Positions 28,897-39,784 are shown, numbered from the stretch's first letter. The stretch is DNA of 64,000 bases from Patescibacteria group bacterium (GCA_018819405.1 JAHJQF010000001.1:98097-162096), one strand, 5' to 3'. Numbers and translations are program-made. The notes: generated by a model from the letters alone, not told the origin.

Positions 28897-30705
28897 ATGA
28901 AAAATATTTTAAAAAATTTTCTCATCTTCTTTTTGATATTTGTAGCTATCGCCAGTGTCTTTACTTTTTTTGATAATAAATCAAAGCAAGTAGAAGAAGT
29001 GAGCATTGCCACCCTGGTGCAAGAAATAAACCAAGAACAGGTCAAAAGCATTACTGTCAAAGGCACTCAGCTTGATATAATATTAAAAGATGAGACACAA
29101 CAAAGCAGTAAAAAAGAAATAAATGAGTCTCTATCCGAGCTCCTAAAAAACTACGATGTCAGCACTGAAAAAATGTCAGCCGTGGACATAAAAGTAGCTG
29201 AAGATAGCAACTCCGGATTTTTTCTAACCACTATACTACCCTTTATAATCCCAGCTTTATTTATCATCGGCCTTCTCTGGTTTATGATGAGACAAGTCCA
29301 AGGAGTAAACTCCCGAGCTATGACCTTTGGCCAATCAGGCGCTAAACTGGCTGACCAACAAAAACAAAAAATAACCTTTAAGGATGTAGCTGGAGCTAAA
29401 GAAGCTAAAGAAGATTTAACTGAAATTGTAGATTTTTTGAAACACCCACAAAAATTTATTGCCATAGGCGCCAAAATTCCAAAAGGCGTACTGCTATTAG
29501 GCTCCCCTGGAACTGGTAAAACTCTGATGGCCAGAGCAGTATCTGGTGAAGCTAGAGTACCATTTTTCCATATTTCCGGTTCTGAGTTTGTAGAAATGTT
29601 TGTCGGAGTCGGTGCTAGCCGTGTTCGTGATCTATTCAAAAAAGCTAAAAAGGCTTCTCCTTGTATAGTTTTTATTGATGAGATAGATGCTGTCGGACGC
29701 CAACGTGGTGCTGGTCTAGGCGGAAGCCATGATGAAAGGGAACAGACTCTCAATCAAATCCTGGTAGAGATGGATGGTTTTGACAATCAGACCAATGTAA
29801 TAGTGCTAGCAGCCACCAACCGACCTGATGTACTTGACCCAGCATTGCTGCGTCCAGGACGTTTTGACAGACAAGTAGTAATTGACTTACCTGATATAAA
29901 AGACCGAGAGGCAATACTTAAAATACATGCCCAGAAAAAACCATTTGATAAAGATGTAGACTTACGACTTGTTGCCCAAAGGACTCCTGGATTTTCCGGA
30001 GCTGATTTAGCCAATGTGTTAAATGAAGCTGCTATTGCTGCTGCCCGCAACAACCAAAAAACAATAGACGGTAAGACAGTGCTTGATTCTATTGAAAGAG
30101 TGATGTTGGGTCGAGAAAGAAAAAGTCATATCTTATCTGATAAAGAAAAGAAGATCACCGCCTATCATGAGGCTGGCCACGCCCTAGCCGGACATCTATT
30201 GCCACATGCCGACGGAGTACATAAAGTATCTATCATATCCAGAGGAAGAGCCGCTGGCTATACTCTCAATCTGCCAAAAGAAGACCGTATGCTAAAAAGC
30301 TATTCTGAATTTATAGACAATATGGCTGTACTCCTAGGAGGCTATGCCGCTGAAAAAATATTTTTTGGCGAATTGACCACTGGGGCTTCCAATGATTTGA
30401 AAAAAGTTACTGAAGTGGCTCAACGAATGGTTACTGAATTTGGTATGAATGAAAAGATGGGTCCTCGTACTTTTGGAGAAAGAGAAGAATTAGTATTTCT
30501 AGGAAAAGAAATACATGAAAGAAGAGACTATAGTGAGAGAACAGCTGAGATGATAGATGAAGAGGTTTCCAAATATGTTGGACAAGCTCTAAAGACTGTC
30601 ACTGATCTGATAAAAACTAATAAAGATAAAATGGAAAAAATAGTTAAAGAACTTATAGAAAAAGAAACCATAGAAAAGCATACCTTTGAAGAGCTAATGG
30701 CTTAA
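28897..30705 (+). CDS. ftsH: ATP-dependent zinc metalloprotease FtsH
   Basis: [13 protein letters not shown] Walker A, the AAA second region of homology, and the HEAGHA zinc site. Confidence 0.95.
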   Translation: MKNILKNFLIFFLIFVAIASVFTFFDNKSKQVEEVSIATLVQEINQEQVKSITVKGTQLDIILKDETQQSSKKEINESLSELLKNYDVSTEKMSAVDIKVAEDSNSGFFLTTILPFIIPALFIIGLLWFMMRQVQGVNSRAMTFGQSGAKLADQQKQKITFKDVAGAKEAKEDLTEIVDFLKHPQKFIAIGAKIPKGVLLLGSPGTGKTLMARAVSGEARVPFFHISGSEFVEMFVGVGASRVRDLFKKAKKASPCIVFIDEIDAVGRQRGAGLGGSHDEREQTLNQILVEMDGFDNQTNVIVLAATNRPDVLDPALLRPGRFDRQVVIDLPDIKDREAILKIHAQKKPFDKDVDLRLVAQRTPGFSGADLANVLNEAAIAAARNNQKTIDGKTVLDSIERVMLGRERKSHILSDKEKKITAYHEAGHALAGHLLPHADGVHKVSIISRGRAAGYTLNLPKEDRMLKSYSEFIDNMAVLLGGYAAEKIFFGELTTGASNDLKKVTEVAQRMVTEFGMNEKMGPRTFGEREELVFLGKEIHERRDYSERTAEMIDEEVSKYVGQALKTVTDLIKTNKDKMEKIVKELIEKETIEKHTFEELMA

Positions 30706-30715
30706 ATAAAATTTT

Positions 30716-30747
30716 AGCCTCCCGCCTAACGGGAGGCTTTTATTTTC
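30716..30747 (+). terminator. Rho-independent terminator after ftsH
   Basis: AGCCTCCCG-CCTAA-CGGGAGGCT followed by TTTTATTTT. Confidence 0.7.
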
Positions 30748-30811
30748 TGCTAAAATATTGTATAATAAAATCGTCAAATAAAAATATAAAAACAAATTAA
30801 AATAAAAAAAT

Positions 30812-31771
30812 ATGTTCTATCGAAAAGTCTACAAAAATGCCTGGCAAGCAATACACAATAATATGTCCGTAATATTCTTCGGGATATTTGCATCTCTGTT
30901 AGGCTTTCATGAAGTAAAAATTTTATTTAATCTGACCGGCACTACTCCCGATTTCTTGGGTACCAGTATAGAATCCTGGCTCAAAATACTTTTGACTTTT
31001 GCCACCGCCAAAGTTGGTCTTAGTGACCTACCCAACCTGATGACTCTGGTTGGATTTTTTGTTGTGTTTGCTATTGCCACTATACTGGCCATTTCCTCAC
31101 AAGGAGCCTTAATTAAAGCTGCTGGGGAAAAGAAAAAAACTAGCTCAATGATAGAAAGATTAAGAGTTGGCGTAGAAAAATTCTGGCCCCTCTTAGGATT
31201 GAACGTAATAAATACCCTGCTAGGCTACTTCTTTATAGCTCTAGTGATTGAGCCACTTATTTACTTCTTATCAAACAGCCAAGATTGGTCTATTTATATT
31301 ATATTGGGAATTGTCACTTTCTTTGTACTGATACCTATGATTATCATTCTTTCTTTTGTGACTAGATATGGAGCGGCCTATGTTGTCTTAAAAAATCAAA
31401 ATTTTTCTGAAGCCTTTCTAAACAGCTGGGTTTTATTTAAGGCCAATTGGGTAATCACTATTGAAAATGCCCTTCTATTACTATTTATCACTGTGCTTTT
31501 CTTTGTATTAATGTTTACAGCTTTGGTATTTGTATTTGTGCCATTTATGATACTAGCCATGTTTATGTCATTTAGTGTATTAGCCTTCTGGATTATAATG
31601 GTAATTGGAGTATTTTTGGCAATATTTGTCTTTATATTTGGCACGGCCTATTATGGAGCCTTATATAATATGGTCTGGACTTATATTTTTTTGGAGCTAG
31701 TCTCCCCCGGCAAAAGTCAGAGTAAAGTACATAGACTAGCCCATAAACACCTACCTAGGTTAGCAAAATAA
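30812..31771 (+). CDS. Polytopic membrane protein of unknown function
   Basis: At least 7 hydrophobic helices. No motif recognised. Confidence 0.45.
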   Translation: MFYRKVYKNAWQAIHNNMSVIFFGIFASLLGFHEVKILFNLTGTTPDFLGTSIESWLKILLTFATAKVGLSDLPNLMTLVGFFVVFAIATILAISSQGALIKAAGEKKKTSSMIERLRVGVEKFWPLLGLNVINTLLGYFFIALVIEPLIYFLSNSQDWSIYIILGIVTFFVLIPMIIILSFVTRYGAAYVVLKNQNFSEAFLNSWVLFKANWVITIENALLLLFITVLFFVLMFTALVFVFVPFMILAMFMSFSVLAFWIIMVIGVFLAIFVFIFGTAYYGALYNMVWTYIFLELVSPGKSQSKVHRLAHKHLPRLAK

Positions 31772-31792
31772 AAATATTTTAAAACACTAAAA

Positions 31793-31827
31793 AACCATTC
31801 CCAACAAAAACTTAGAATGGTTTTTTG
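31793..31827 (+). terminator. Rho-independent terminator
   Basis: AACCATTC...GAATGGTT followed by TTTTGTT. Confidence 0.55.
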
Positions 31828-31841
31828 TTAGCTAAAACAAA

Positions 31842-31871
31842 TTGACTTATATTCTTTTAATAAAGTATAAT
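31842..31871 (+). promoter_or_regulatory. Sigma70 promoter for the pilB-like gene
   Basis: TTGACT (31842-31847), an 18-nt spacer, then TATAAT (31866-31871), about 30 nt upstream of the ATG. Confidence 0.55.
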
Positions 31872-31901
31872 ATCTATACATAACTAAGATCTAAAATTTA
31901 T

Positions 31902-33635
31902 ATGGCAGACCAATCTGGCCTCGCAGCTATATCTGGTGATGAGAAAACAAGAAAGCTGCAAAGCAAACTATCAGAGCTAGAATTAAGAGAAAAAGAAAAG
32001 CGTATCCAGGAACAAGCTGATAAAATCGGCGTGTCTTATATTAATTTGGACAAATTCCCTATTTCACAAGAAGCTATCAAAATAATCTCAAGAGAACAAT
32101 CTGAGTCTTTGGAAACTGTCTGTTTTTTATACACTGGTAATGAAATGAGACTGGGCTCTCTCAATCCCACTAATCCTCAAGTGGCCAATTTAAAAAAAGA
32201 ATTATCAGAGATATACCACACCCAAATAAAGGTATATCTAATATCAGAAAATAGTTTTCAAAAAGCCACTCAAATATATAACAAAATCCCCCAGATAATC
32301 CAAATGGAAGGGGTTACTATTACTTCCGAGGACTTGGAAAAATACCAAAAACAGCTCACCAATTTTGAAGATCTCAATAAACTAATCCAAGAAACCCAGC
32401 TGACTGAAACTCTAAATATCGTCATATCAGCCGGCCTTACTTTTGGCGCATCTGATATCCATATTGAAGCCGAAGAAAAAGATGTAAAAATCCGATTGCG
32501 TATGGATGGCGTACTTCATGACGTGGCTTCCCTACCCCGTGATACCTGGGACAAAATAAACTCTCGTATAAAATTATTGTCTGGATTAAAATTAAACTTG
32601 AACAATAAACCACAAGACGGACGTTTTACTATACATTCGGACAAAGAAAAAATAGACGTCAGGGTATCCTCTATTCCAACGGCTTATGGTGAAAGTATTG
32701 TCATGAGGCTACTCAAAGCTTCCGTCGTTGGCTTACAATTTGATAGCCTTGGTCTACGTGGCAAATCATATAACGATCTAAAAAATGAAATGGGTAAGCC
32801 AAACGGCATGATCATTTCTACTGGTCCTACTGGTAGCGGTAAAACCACTACTTTATATGCCATTCTCAATCAACTAAACAACCCACAAACAAAAATAATT
32901 ACTCTAGAAGATCCAATAGAATATAAGTTGCCTGGTATTGTCCAAAGTCAGGTTGAAAATATTGATTCAAGTCAAGAAGAATTAGACGAAGGAACCACCA
33001 GAAGAAATATCCATTACACTTTTGCCCGTGGTTTGAGAGCTATACTTAGACAAGACCCAGATATAGTAATGGTTGGTGAAATTAGAGATTTAGAAACCGC
33101 TGACACGGCTATCAATGCCGCTCTTACCGGACATTTGATGCTTTCTACACTACACACCAACTCAGCGGCTGGCACTATACCACGTCTACTGGCTATGGGC
33201 GTAAAGCCATTTCTATTGGCTCCAGCTTTGAACGCCATAATTGGTCAAAGATTGGTTCGCAAGTTGTGCCAATACTGTAAAGAGGAGGACCAAGAAATCG
33301 ACAATGCAACTATGACTGTTATTTTAAACGCCTTAAATGAAATCAGCCCTGAGTCAGGTCACAAACCAAGCGATTTAAATAACCTGAAATTTTATACTTC
33401 CAAAGGCTGTGAAAAATGTCAGAATATCGGCTATAAAGGCCGAATCGGAATTTATGAGGTATTTTTGATGTCCCCTGAAATAGAAAAAATAATTTTATCG
33501 GACAATACTTCAGAATATGAGCTAGAAAAAATAGCCATCAATAATGGAATGATAAGTATGCTCCAAGATGGCCTGCTCAAAGCTTTAGAAGGCATAACTT
33601 CAATCTCTGAAATATTTGATAAAGTAAAAGACTAA
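31902..33635 (+). CDS. pilB: Type II/IV secretion system ATPase (PilB/GspE family)
   Basis: GPTGSGKTTTLYA Walker A, the GEIRD motif, and a C-terminal tetracysteine (CQYC...CEKC). 577 aa. Confidence 0.85.
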   Translation: MADQSGLAAISGDEKTRKLQSKLSELELREKEKRIQEQADKIGVSYINLDKFPISQEAIKIISREQSESLETVCFLYTGNEMRLGSLNPTNPQVANLKKELSEIYHTQIKVYLISENSFQKATQIYNKIPQIIQMEGVTITSEDLEKYQKQLTNFEDLNKLIQETQLTETLNIVISAGLTFGASDIHIEAEEKDVKIRLRMDGVLHDVASLPRDTWDKINSRIKLLSGLKLNLNNKPQDGRFTIHSDKEKIDVRVSSIPTAYGESIVMRLLKASVVGLQFDSLGLRGKSYNDLKNEMGKPNGMIISTGPTGSGKTTTLYAILNQLNNPQTKIITLEDPIEYKLPGIVQSQVENIDSSQEELDEGTTRRNIHYTFARGLRAILRQDPDIVMVGEIRDLETADTAINAALTGHLMLSTLHTNSAAGTIPRLLAMGVKPFLLAPALNAIIGQRLVRKLCQYCKEEDQEIDNATMTVILNALNEISPESGHKPSDLNNLKFYTSKGCEKCQNIGYKGRIGIYEVFLMSPEIEKIILSDNTSEYELEKIAINNGMISMLQDGLLKALEGITSISEIFDKVKD

Positions 33636-33638
33636 AAA

Positions 33639-33676
33639 ATCCCGCCCCTCGACTTTGCTCGGGGCGGGATTTTAAA
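33639..33676. terminator. Bidirectional terminator between the pilB-like gene and valS
   Basis: ATCCCGCCCC...GGGGCGGGAT 10-bp stem flanked by an A-run and a T-run. Confidence 0.7.
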
Positions 33677-33677
33677 A

Positions 33678-36530
33678 CTATTTTAATTTGTTTTTGGCTT
33701 CTTGAAGCCGTTTTTTTGTTTCCTCAATCACATCAACTGGAGCATTTTTTACAAAACTTTCATTTTGAAGTTTTGCTTCCATCCCACCAATATACTTTTG
33801 TAAATCTTTTCTTTCTTTATCGGTCATTTCTTTGGATAGGTCAATATATACTATACTGCTGTTTATATACTTTGCCTCCACATCCAATCTATGATCTGAC
33901 AATGTAACTCGAGCCATCTGAGAGGCCAAAATTAAATAATCATCGTCTAAAATTTTGCTCTCAATATAACAATCTGGAAAATCAGTCGGTGCTATTTTGT
34001 TTTCGGCCTTCAAATTCCTAATGGCTACTACCAGCTCCTGAAGCTCAGCAAAATCCGATATAATATTATCATCAAATTTTACTGTCTCTGGCCATTTTTT
34101 AATCATCAGTAGCTCAGCCTGACCAAATTCCTGCCAAATTTTTTCTGTTACAAATGGCGTAAAAGGATGAGATAAAATAAGAAGTTTTTCTAAAATATAA
34201 AGTAAAATATCATCTTTCTCTTTTTCTATTTTGGATATCTCCAAATACCAGTCAGCTAATTTGTTCCAAGAAAAATCATAAATTTTTTCACCAGCTGCCG
34301 ATATTCTAAAATTGTCCATATCATCACTTACTTGACCGATTAGCTTATTTAACTCCGCTAAGATCCAACGGTCGGCCAATGTCTTGACTGGTGGTTGTTT
34401 GACAACCGGTCTTATATCTTCTACAAAATTAAATATAAATCTGGATATATTCCAAAGTTTGTTTACAAAATTTCTGTAGCCGGCAATTTTTTCTTCATAA
34501 ATACGCAAATCAGCTCCCGGAGAAGAGCCGATTATCAAAGATAGACGCAAAGCATCTGTGCCAAACTTCTCTATCATTTCCAAAGGATCAATACCATTAC
34601 CTAGTGACTTGGACATTTTTTGACCCTCTTTATCTCTGATAAGGCCGTGGAGATAAACTGTATCAAATGGTTTATCTTTTAAAATATACTGACTCATCAA
34701 TATCATCCTGGCCACCCAAAAAAATATAATATCATAACCCGTTTCCAGGACAGAAGTAGGATGAAATAAATCTAAGTCTGCTTTTTGACTATATATAAAT
34801 TCATAGCACCATAAGTCTGTATCGTCGGTGATATCTTTATCAGGATAATACTTTTTGAACACGTCTTTAAAATCATCGGTATTATTATATTTTTCATGAC
34901 CCGCCTGCTTTAAATCCAAATCTTTAAATTTTATAATCTTTACATCAATAATCCTAGCATAACCAAAATTTTCTTTGCTCTGAGAATTTTCCAAAATTAC
35001 TGTCTCGCCTTTGGAAAAACCTTTATCAGACAATCTATAAGTTTTTTTCTTTTCTCCGCTTTTTATAATAGCTATTAAGTCTTTATCAAAAGACAATTTT
35101 TTATCTAATGGCCAGCCTAGGGTTGAAAAAGTCCAGAGCGATGAAGAAAACCAAGTATCCAAAGTAGCTTCATCTTGAATTATTTTTTTTCCTTTGGCTT
35201 TGACTTTAGCTTCTGCTTCATTGTGGGCTACTATGATATCGCCTTCTTCGTCATACCAAACAGGTATTCTGTGACCCCACCATATTTGACGTGAGATGCA
35301 CCAGTCGTGCAAATTTTCCATCCAATGAAAATATATTTTAGAAAAACGCTCCGGTAATATTTTTATTTCGCCACTTGATACTGCTTCTGTAGCCAACTCT
35401 TTTAGACTTTTGCCTCTACCAGGTATTTTTTTATCAACTGCCACAAACCACTGCTCTGATGTAAGCGGTTCAATTGGAGTGTCACAACGGTAACATATAG
35501 ATAAATTATTTTTAAAATCTTCTATCTTATCAATTTGACCGGCCTTCTCTAAATCTTTGACAAAAGCTTGTCTGGCCGCTAGGACTGTCAGGCCTTTATA
35601 CTTGCCGCCGCTTTCCAATATCTTACCCTGTTCATCAATCAGCTTGATAATTTCCAAACTATGGCTTTTGGCAAAATCATAATCAATAGCACTGTGAGCC
35701 GGAGTAACACCAATTACACCAGAACCAAAATCTTTATCAACTGTCAAATCAGCAAAAACTTTTACTTTTATTTTGTGTCCTGCCAAATCTACTTCTAAAG
35801 TCTGGCCAGTATATTCTTTATACCTTTTGTCATCAGGATGAACAGCTACTCCGGTATCAGCCAGCTTGGTCTCTGGTCTAGTAGTGGCTACTATAAAAGG
35901 GCCATATTTTATATAATACAATTTAGCCATCTGCTCTTTGTATTCTACTTCATCATCAGCCAAAGTAGAGGCACATCTTGGGCACCAATTTACAATCCTA
36001 TGGCCACGGTATATCAAAGAGTCTTCATACATTCTAATAAAAGCTTCGCTGACAGCGTAGGATAAACCATCATCGTATGTATATCTTTCTCTTGACCAAT
36101 CACAACTAGAGCCCATCTTCCTAGTCTGATGTCTGATAGTGCCTTGTGAATTCGCTACATAATCTTTTACTCTTTGCAAAAAAACTTCCCGACCCAAGGT
36201 CTGTCTATCTGCGCCCTCTTTAGCCAATATTTTTTCTACTTTAGTCTGGGTTGCAATAGCTGCGTGATCCGTACCAGGTAACCATAGAACTTTTTTACCT
36301 TTTAACCTGTTGTACCTAACCATCAAATCTTCATAAGCCAAAGCAGAGGCGTGCCCTAGGTGCAACACACCAGTAGCATTTGGTGGTGGCATAGCAATAC
36401 TAAAATATTCTTTGCTTTCTTTTAAATTGTCAGGATTAAAAAAACCCGATTCTTCCCAAATTTTATAAATATCATCCTCATATAAACCAGGCTCATATGC
36501 CTTAGCTAATTCTTCTAATTTTTTGGCCAT
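33678..36530 (-). CDS. valS: Valyl-tRNA synthetase
   Basis: PPPNATGVLHLGHA (HIGH) and KMSKSLGN (KMSKS), with ValRS-like spacing. 950 aa. Confidence 0.85.
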   Translation of the reverse strand: MAKKLEELAKAYEPGLYEDDIYKIWEESGFFNPDNLKESKEYFSIAMPPPNATGVLHLGHASALAYEDLMVRYNRLKGKKVLWLPGTDHAAIATQTKVEKILAKEGADRQTLGREVFLQRVKDYVANSQGTIRHQTRKMGSSCDWSRERYTYDDGLSYAVSEAFIRMYEDSLIYRGHRIVNWCPRCASTLADDEVEYKEQMAKLYYIKYGPFIVATTRPETKLADTGVAVHPDDKRYKEYTGQTLEVDLAGHKIKVKVFADLTVDKDFGSGVIGVTPAHSAIDYDFAKSHSLEIIKLIDEQGKILESGGKYKGLTVLAARQAFVKDLEKAGQIDKIEDFKNNLSICYRCDTPIEPLTSEQWFVAVDKKIPGRGKSLKELATEAVSSGEIKILPERFSKIYFHWMENLHDWCISRQIWWGHRIPVWYDEEGDIIVAHNEAEAKVKAKGKKIIQDEATLDTWFSSSLWTFSTLGWPLDKKLSFDKDLIAIIKSGEKKKTYRLSDKGFSKGETVILENSQSKENFGYARIIDVKIIKFKDLDLKQAGHEKYNNTDDFKDVFKKYYPDKDITDDTDLWCYEFIYSQKADLDLFHPTSVLETGYDIIFFWVARMILMSQYILKDKPFDTVYLHGLIRDKEGQKMSKSLGNGIDPLEMIEKFGTDALRLSLIIGSSPGADLRIYEEKIAGYRNFVNKLWNISRFIFNFVEDIRPVVKQPPVKTLADRWILAELNKLIGQVSDDMDNFRISAAGEKIYDFSWNKLADWYLEISKIEKEKDDILLYILEKLLILSHPFTPFVTEKIWQEFGQAELLMIKKWPETVKFDDNIISDFAELQELVVAIRNLKAENKIAPTDFPDCYIESKILDDDYLILASQMARVTLSDHRLDVEAKYINSSIVYIDLSKEMTDKERKDLQKYIGGMEAKLQNESFVKNAPVDVIEETKKRLQEAKNKLK

Positions 36531-37006
36531 AATATTGTTATCTTTCTTTTGTCACCTTCTAATAATTTTATATCTACTCTTATAGTTCTTTCTGGTAAAT
36601 TTACAATTTTGTCCGCCCATTCAATAGCTACTATTATATTATCATAGTTTAGATAATCGCCTAAACCTATATCATAAAGATCATCTTGACCTCGCAAACG
36701 ATAGCAATCAACATGAACAAACTTATCAGCTTTTTTATGCTTTACCCCGTTAAATTGCGGCTCAGCTGCACCTCGCATGTGCGAGGATTTAACGGAGTGA
36801 ATATCATAAACTTTCATCAAAACAAAAGTCGGACTGGTAATCTGCTCTTTTATCTTGAGCGCTTTGGCTAGTGCTTTTACAAATACCGTCTTACCGGCTC
36901 CCAGATTACCGCTCAAAGCTATCAGCTCCCCGCCTTCTAATCTATCGGCCAAATCATTAGCTATTTGAGCCGTTTCTTTTTGGTTATTTGATATGTATTC
37001 TTTCAC
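36515..37006 (-). CDS. tsaE: tRNA threonylcarbamoyladenosine biosynthesis protein TsaE, with an internal insertion
   Basis: GNLGAGKTVFVK P-loop and the ...CYRL motif. GTG start. About 20 extra aa (SVKSSHMRGAAEPQFNGVKHKKADK) coincide with an intragenic copy of the CCCCGTTAAAT repeat. Confidence 0.75.
   Translation of the reverse strand: MKEYISNNQKETAQIANDLADRLEGGELIALSGNLGAGKTVFVKALAKALKIKEQITSPTFVLMKVYDIHSVKSSHMRGAAEPQFNGVKHKKADKFVHVDCYRLRGQDDLYDIGLGDYLNYDNIIVAIEWADKIVNLPERTIRVDIKLLEGDKRKITILWPKN
36745..36798. repeat. CCCCGTTAAAT inverted-repeat pair, copy c (inside tsaE), with an inner CCTCGCATGTGCGAGG palindrome
   Basis: CCCCGTTAAAT (36745-36755) and ATTTAACGGAG (36788-36798). About 60% GC inside a low-GC gene. 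Confidence 0.6.
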
Positions 37007-37078
37007 CCCGTTAGAAATTAATGATTAAATTTTATTTTCCCCGTTCATATATAAGCCTTATAATTTTTAACGGGGTTT
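37004..37078. repeat. CCCCGTT(A)AAAT repeat cluster, copy d (tsaE/tsaD intergenic)
   Basis: CACCCCGTTAGAAAT, TTCCCCGTTCAT and, on the opposite strand, TTTTTAACGGGGTTTAT. Confidence 0.55.
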
Positions 37079-37088
37079 ATTTTATTTA

Positions 37089-38141
37089 TTATATTTTATT
37101 TTTGGTAAGTTGCCAATTAGACTGGGGACCAAGACTAAATACCTTTTTAGCTGGCAAGATATCCTTTTTCTTGTCTTTTATATTATAATAAGCGGCAACG
37201 GCTATCATAGCGGCATTATCTCCAGTAAACTTCAGCTCTGGATAAAAAAACGGTAAGTCTATTTCTTTGGCTCTACTGGCCAAAGATGCTTTTAAAAAAC
37301 TATTAGCTGACACCCCTCCCGCTAGTAGTAAAGATTTGACTTTATATTTTTTTACAGCCTTAAAAGTCTTGGTAGTTAAAACATCGGTAACCGCTGTTTG
37401 AAACGAAGCACAAACATCTTTGACATCCTGCTGGTTCAATTTTTTCTTTTTTTCCAAAGCATATAATACTGCCGTCTTGAGACCAGCAAAAGAAAAATCA
37501 AAATTTTTCTTGTCCATCATTGGTCTGGGAAAATCATATTTTTGACCGTCTCCTGACTCAGCCAATCGACTGACAATCGGCCCACCCGGATATCCCAGAT
37601 TCAAAAGCTTGGCGACTTTATCGTAAGCTTCACCAACTGCGTCATCTAAAGTTTGACCAAGTAAAAAATACTGCCCATGCCCTTTCATCAACACCAGCTC
37701 AGTATGTCCACCCGATACTATAAGTACGAGAGCTGGGAAATATTTCTTTGGATTTTTTACTAACTCACTATTGGAAAGCCAATTGGAATAAATATGGCCT
37801 TCCATATGATTGATTGGCATGAGCGGTTTATTATTAGCATAAGCTAATGTTTTAGCCGCGCTAATTCCTAAAATTAAAGAAGTAATAAGACCCGGTCCAG
37901 CAGTAACAGCTAGATAATCTATACCCGCTAATTTGTTTTTACCGGTTATTTCTTCTAGCAAAGGTATAATGGTCTCGGCATGTTTTCTAGCAGCTACTTC
38001 CGGCACCACCCCACCATATTTTGTGTGTATATCAACTTGAGAATAAACAATATTTTTTTCTAAAACCAAAAAAGATCCGCTGCCTTTTATCACGGCTACA
38101 GCTGTCTCATCGCAAGATGTTTCAATTGCTAAAATTTTCAT
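37089..38141 (-). CDS. tsaD: tRNA N6-adenosine threonylcarbamoyltransferase TsaD
   Basis: MKILAIETSCDETAVAV N-terminus of the Kae1/YgjD family. 350 aa. Confidence 0.9.
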   Translation of the reverse strand: MKILAIETSCDETAVAVIKGSGSFLVLEKNIVYSQVDIHTKYGGVVPEVAARKHAETIIPLLEEITGKNKLAGIDYLAVTAGPGLITSLILGISAAKTLAYANNKPLMPINHMEGHIYSNWLSNSELVKNPKKYFPALVLIVSGGHTELVLMKGHGQYFLLGQTLDDAVGEAYDKVAKLLNLGYPGGPIVSRLAESGDGQKYDFPRPMMDKKNFDFSFAGLKTAVLYALEKKKKLNQQDVKDVCASFQTAVTDVLTTKTFKAVKKYKVKSLLLAGGVSANSFLKASLASRAKEIDLPFFYPELKFTGDNAAMIAVAAYYNIKDKKKDILPAKKVFSLGPQSNWQLTKNKI

Positions 38142-38254
38142 CCACTTGGAAATTTAAGCTAATTAATAATAATAAAATTATCTTAATATCTATTATATTA
38201 TACATTATAGCAGACTTGACCTTTACTATAAACTAATTAGATATCAAGCTAATT

Positions 38255-38266
38255 TAAGATAAAAAA
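38255..38266. promoter_or_regulatory. Perfect 12-bp palindrome GTCAATATTGAC upstream of the island 4 operon (candidate operator)
   Basis: Lies in the AT-rich leader about 160 nt upstream of the 452-aa gene. TTGACA-like hexamers are nearby. Confidence 0.3.
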
Positions 38267-38425
38267 TGCTTTGTGTCAATATTGACCAATAAAAATAAAA
38301 ATGTAAAAATAAAGCTAATGAGCTGTGTACATTGACAAGCTCAAGATATAATTCTAGCGAGGGGTAAAACTCCTCTTTTGTTTATTTGAAAAAGCCAAAA
38401 AACCCTTTCACGAAGGAGGACTACA

Positions 38426-39784
38426 ATGCCTAGTAATCAAAACGGAATCAAAATTTCCGGCGACAAAAAAGACTGTCTGCGTCTAGCCTCATGGCTGACT
38501 AGTACGGTCGCCAAAAATGTGGCTGGTATCAGAGAAATCAAACTATCAGGAACATCAGGACTGTGTGACAGAGCTATAGCCCTAAAAGAGAATCAAATGT
38601 GCCTTATGGTGCAAGGAGACCAAGTGCTTTGGCACTTTTGCCAAACAAAGAGCTGTGCGTCACAAATCTTTGTGCTCAAGCCTCAGAACAATGTCGAGGC
38701 AGATATTTTGCTAAAAACTTTAGCTGACTATCTGACCAAGATCTGTGGCAAGACTAGCATCAACTTGGTCAAAGCACTGGAATGCGGTCCACAACAACTC
38801 GTCAACAAATATTCACGCCCCGCCATCAGCCAACCAGAAGACCCAAGCCATATCCTCTACTCTAGACGCTTTCCTCAACCAATCAAACTGCCAGAAAAAA
38901 CCGAAGAGGTCTATCTGGCTCTACTGCTTCTTTTACCCACTTACGGACAGGCACTTCTGGACGTAAGCGGAGTTTTTCTCCTGCCCAATCCCGTCCGTCT
39001 TCTTGATGAATTTGCCCACAACTTGGGAAAACAAAAACTCTGGTGGCAAACCGGCTGGAGTCAACTCCTAAAAATCACTCCCAAGATAATCGAACGTGCC
39101 CGTAACGGCAAAGGGATGCTTGTCCATCGCATTAGATTGGAATCAAATGGAGTATTGGCCACAAACTTGCAGACCAAAAAGGAGGCTGAGACAATGCCGG
39201 AAAAAACCTTTAGACTCAATGCTAGACAACACATGGTCTACCACTCCCTTTTGAGATTGGCCGGAGATGATCTTGCTAATGTCGTGGAAATCAGTCGCTA
39301 CGCCACCAGATTGCTCAAGCTTTCCAGCTTTGACATTCCCAGAGGCAGTATTAGCAACTACATCAAACAGCTAACCAGACTAGGCTTGGTCGAAAATGGC
39401 TCTCAGCGCGGTAACATCAAGGTTTACCGCCAGCCCACCTCTATTATTGACGGTCATCAAGCCACCGATCCGCCAAAGAAAGTCGAAAAAAAAGTTGCCA
39501 AAAAGGGAAACGGCGATGACAATACGACAACAGACAATCCTGATACTCCTACCTCTTCCAAGACACCACAAAAACCTGGTAATGGTAGCAATAGCTTGCT
39601 TGCCATACTGACTGGCGGAAACGGAACAGGAGACTCTGTCGACCAACTGGTCGAACAGGCCACCAGACAATTTCACGGCATCGGCGGTGTGTTGGAGTTG
39701 GCTCGACGTTTACAAGAAGCCGGCTTCCAGACCCACGACAACAACGACGGCACACACACTATTTCTTTCACCACCAGCAAGTGA
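38426..39784 (+). CDS. Hypothetical 452-aa protein with a predicted winged-HTH and a low-complexity linker (GC-rich island 4)
   Basis: About 52% GC. AAGGAGG lies 6 nt upstream. A wHTH-like segment (ARQHMVYHSLLRLAGDDLANVVEISRYATRLLKL...GNIKVY). A K/T/D/N-rich linker. Own terminator at 39812-39842. Confidence 0.55.
   Translation: MPSNQNGIKISGDKKDCLRLASWLTSTVAKNVAGIREIKLSGTSGLCDRAIALKENQMCLMVQGDQVLWHFCQTKSCASQIFVLKPQNNVEADILLKTLADYLTKICGKTSINLVKALECGPQQLVNKYSRPAISQPEDPSHILYSRRFPQPIKLPEKTEEVYLALLLLLPTYGQALLDVSGVFLLPNPVRLLDEFAHNLGKQKLWWQTGWSQLLKITPKIIERARNGKGMLVHRIRLESNGVLATNLQTKKEAETMPEKTFRLNARQHMVYHSLLRLAGDDLANVVEISRYATRLLKLSSFDIPRGSISNYIKQLTRLGLVENGSQRGNIKVYRQPTSIIDGHQATDPPKKVEKKVAKKGNGDDNTTTDNPDTPTSSKTPQKPGNGSNSLLAILTGGNGTGDSVDQLVEQATRQFHGIGGVLELARRLQEAGFQTHDNNDGTHTISFTTSK

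Noticed and set aside
29151-30053. Minus-strand ORFs of 200 aa and 88 aa inside ftsH
   Set aside because: Fully embedded antisense in a highly conserved gene. Low-complexity Ala/Ser/Pro-rich translation.
39380-39755. Several short ORFs on both strands inside the island 4 452-aa gene
   Set aside because: They are spurious open frames caused by locally high GC. They lie fully inside a longer ORF that has an SD and a terminator.
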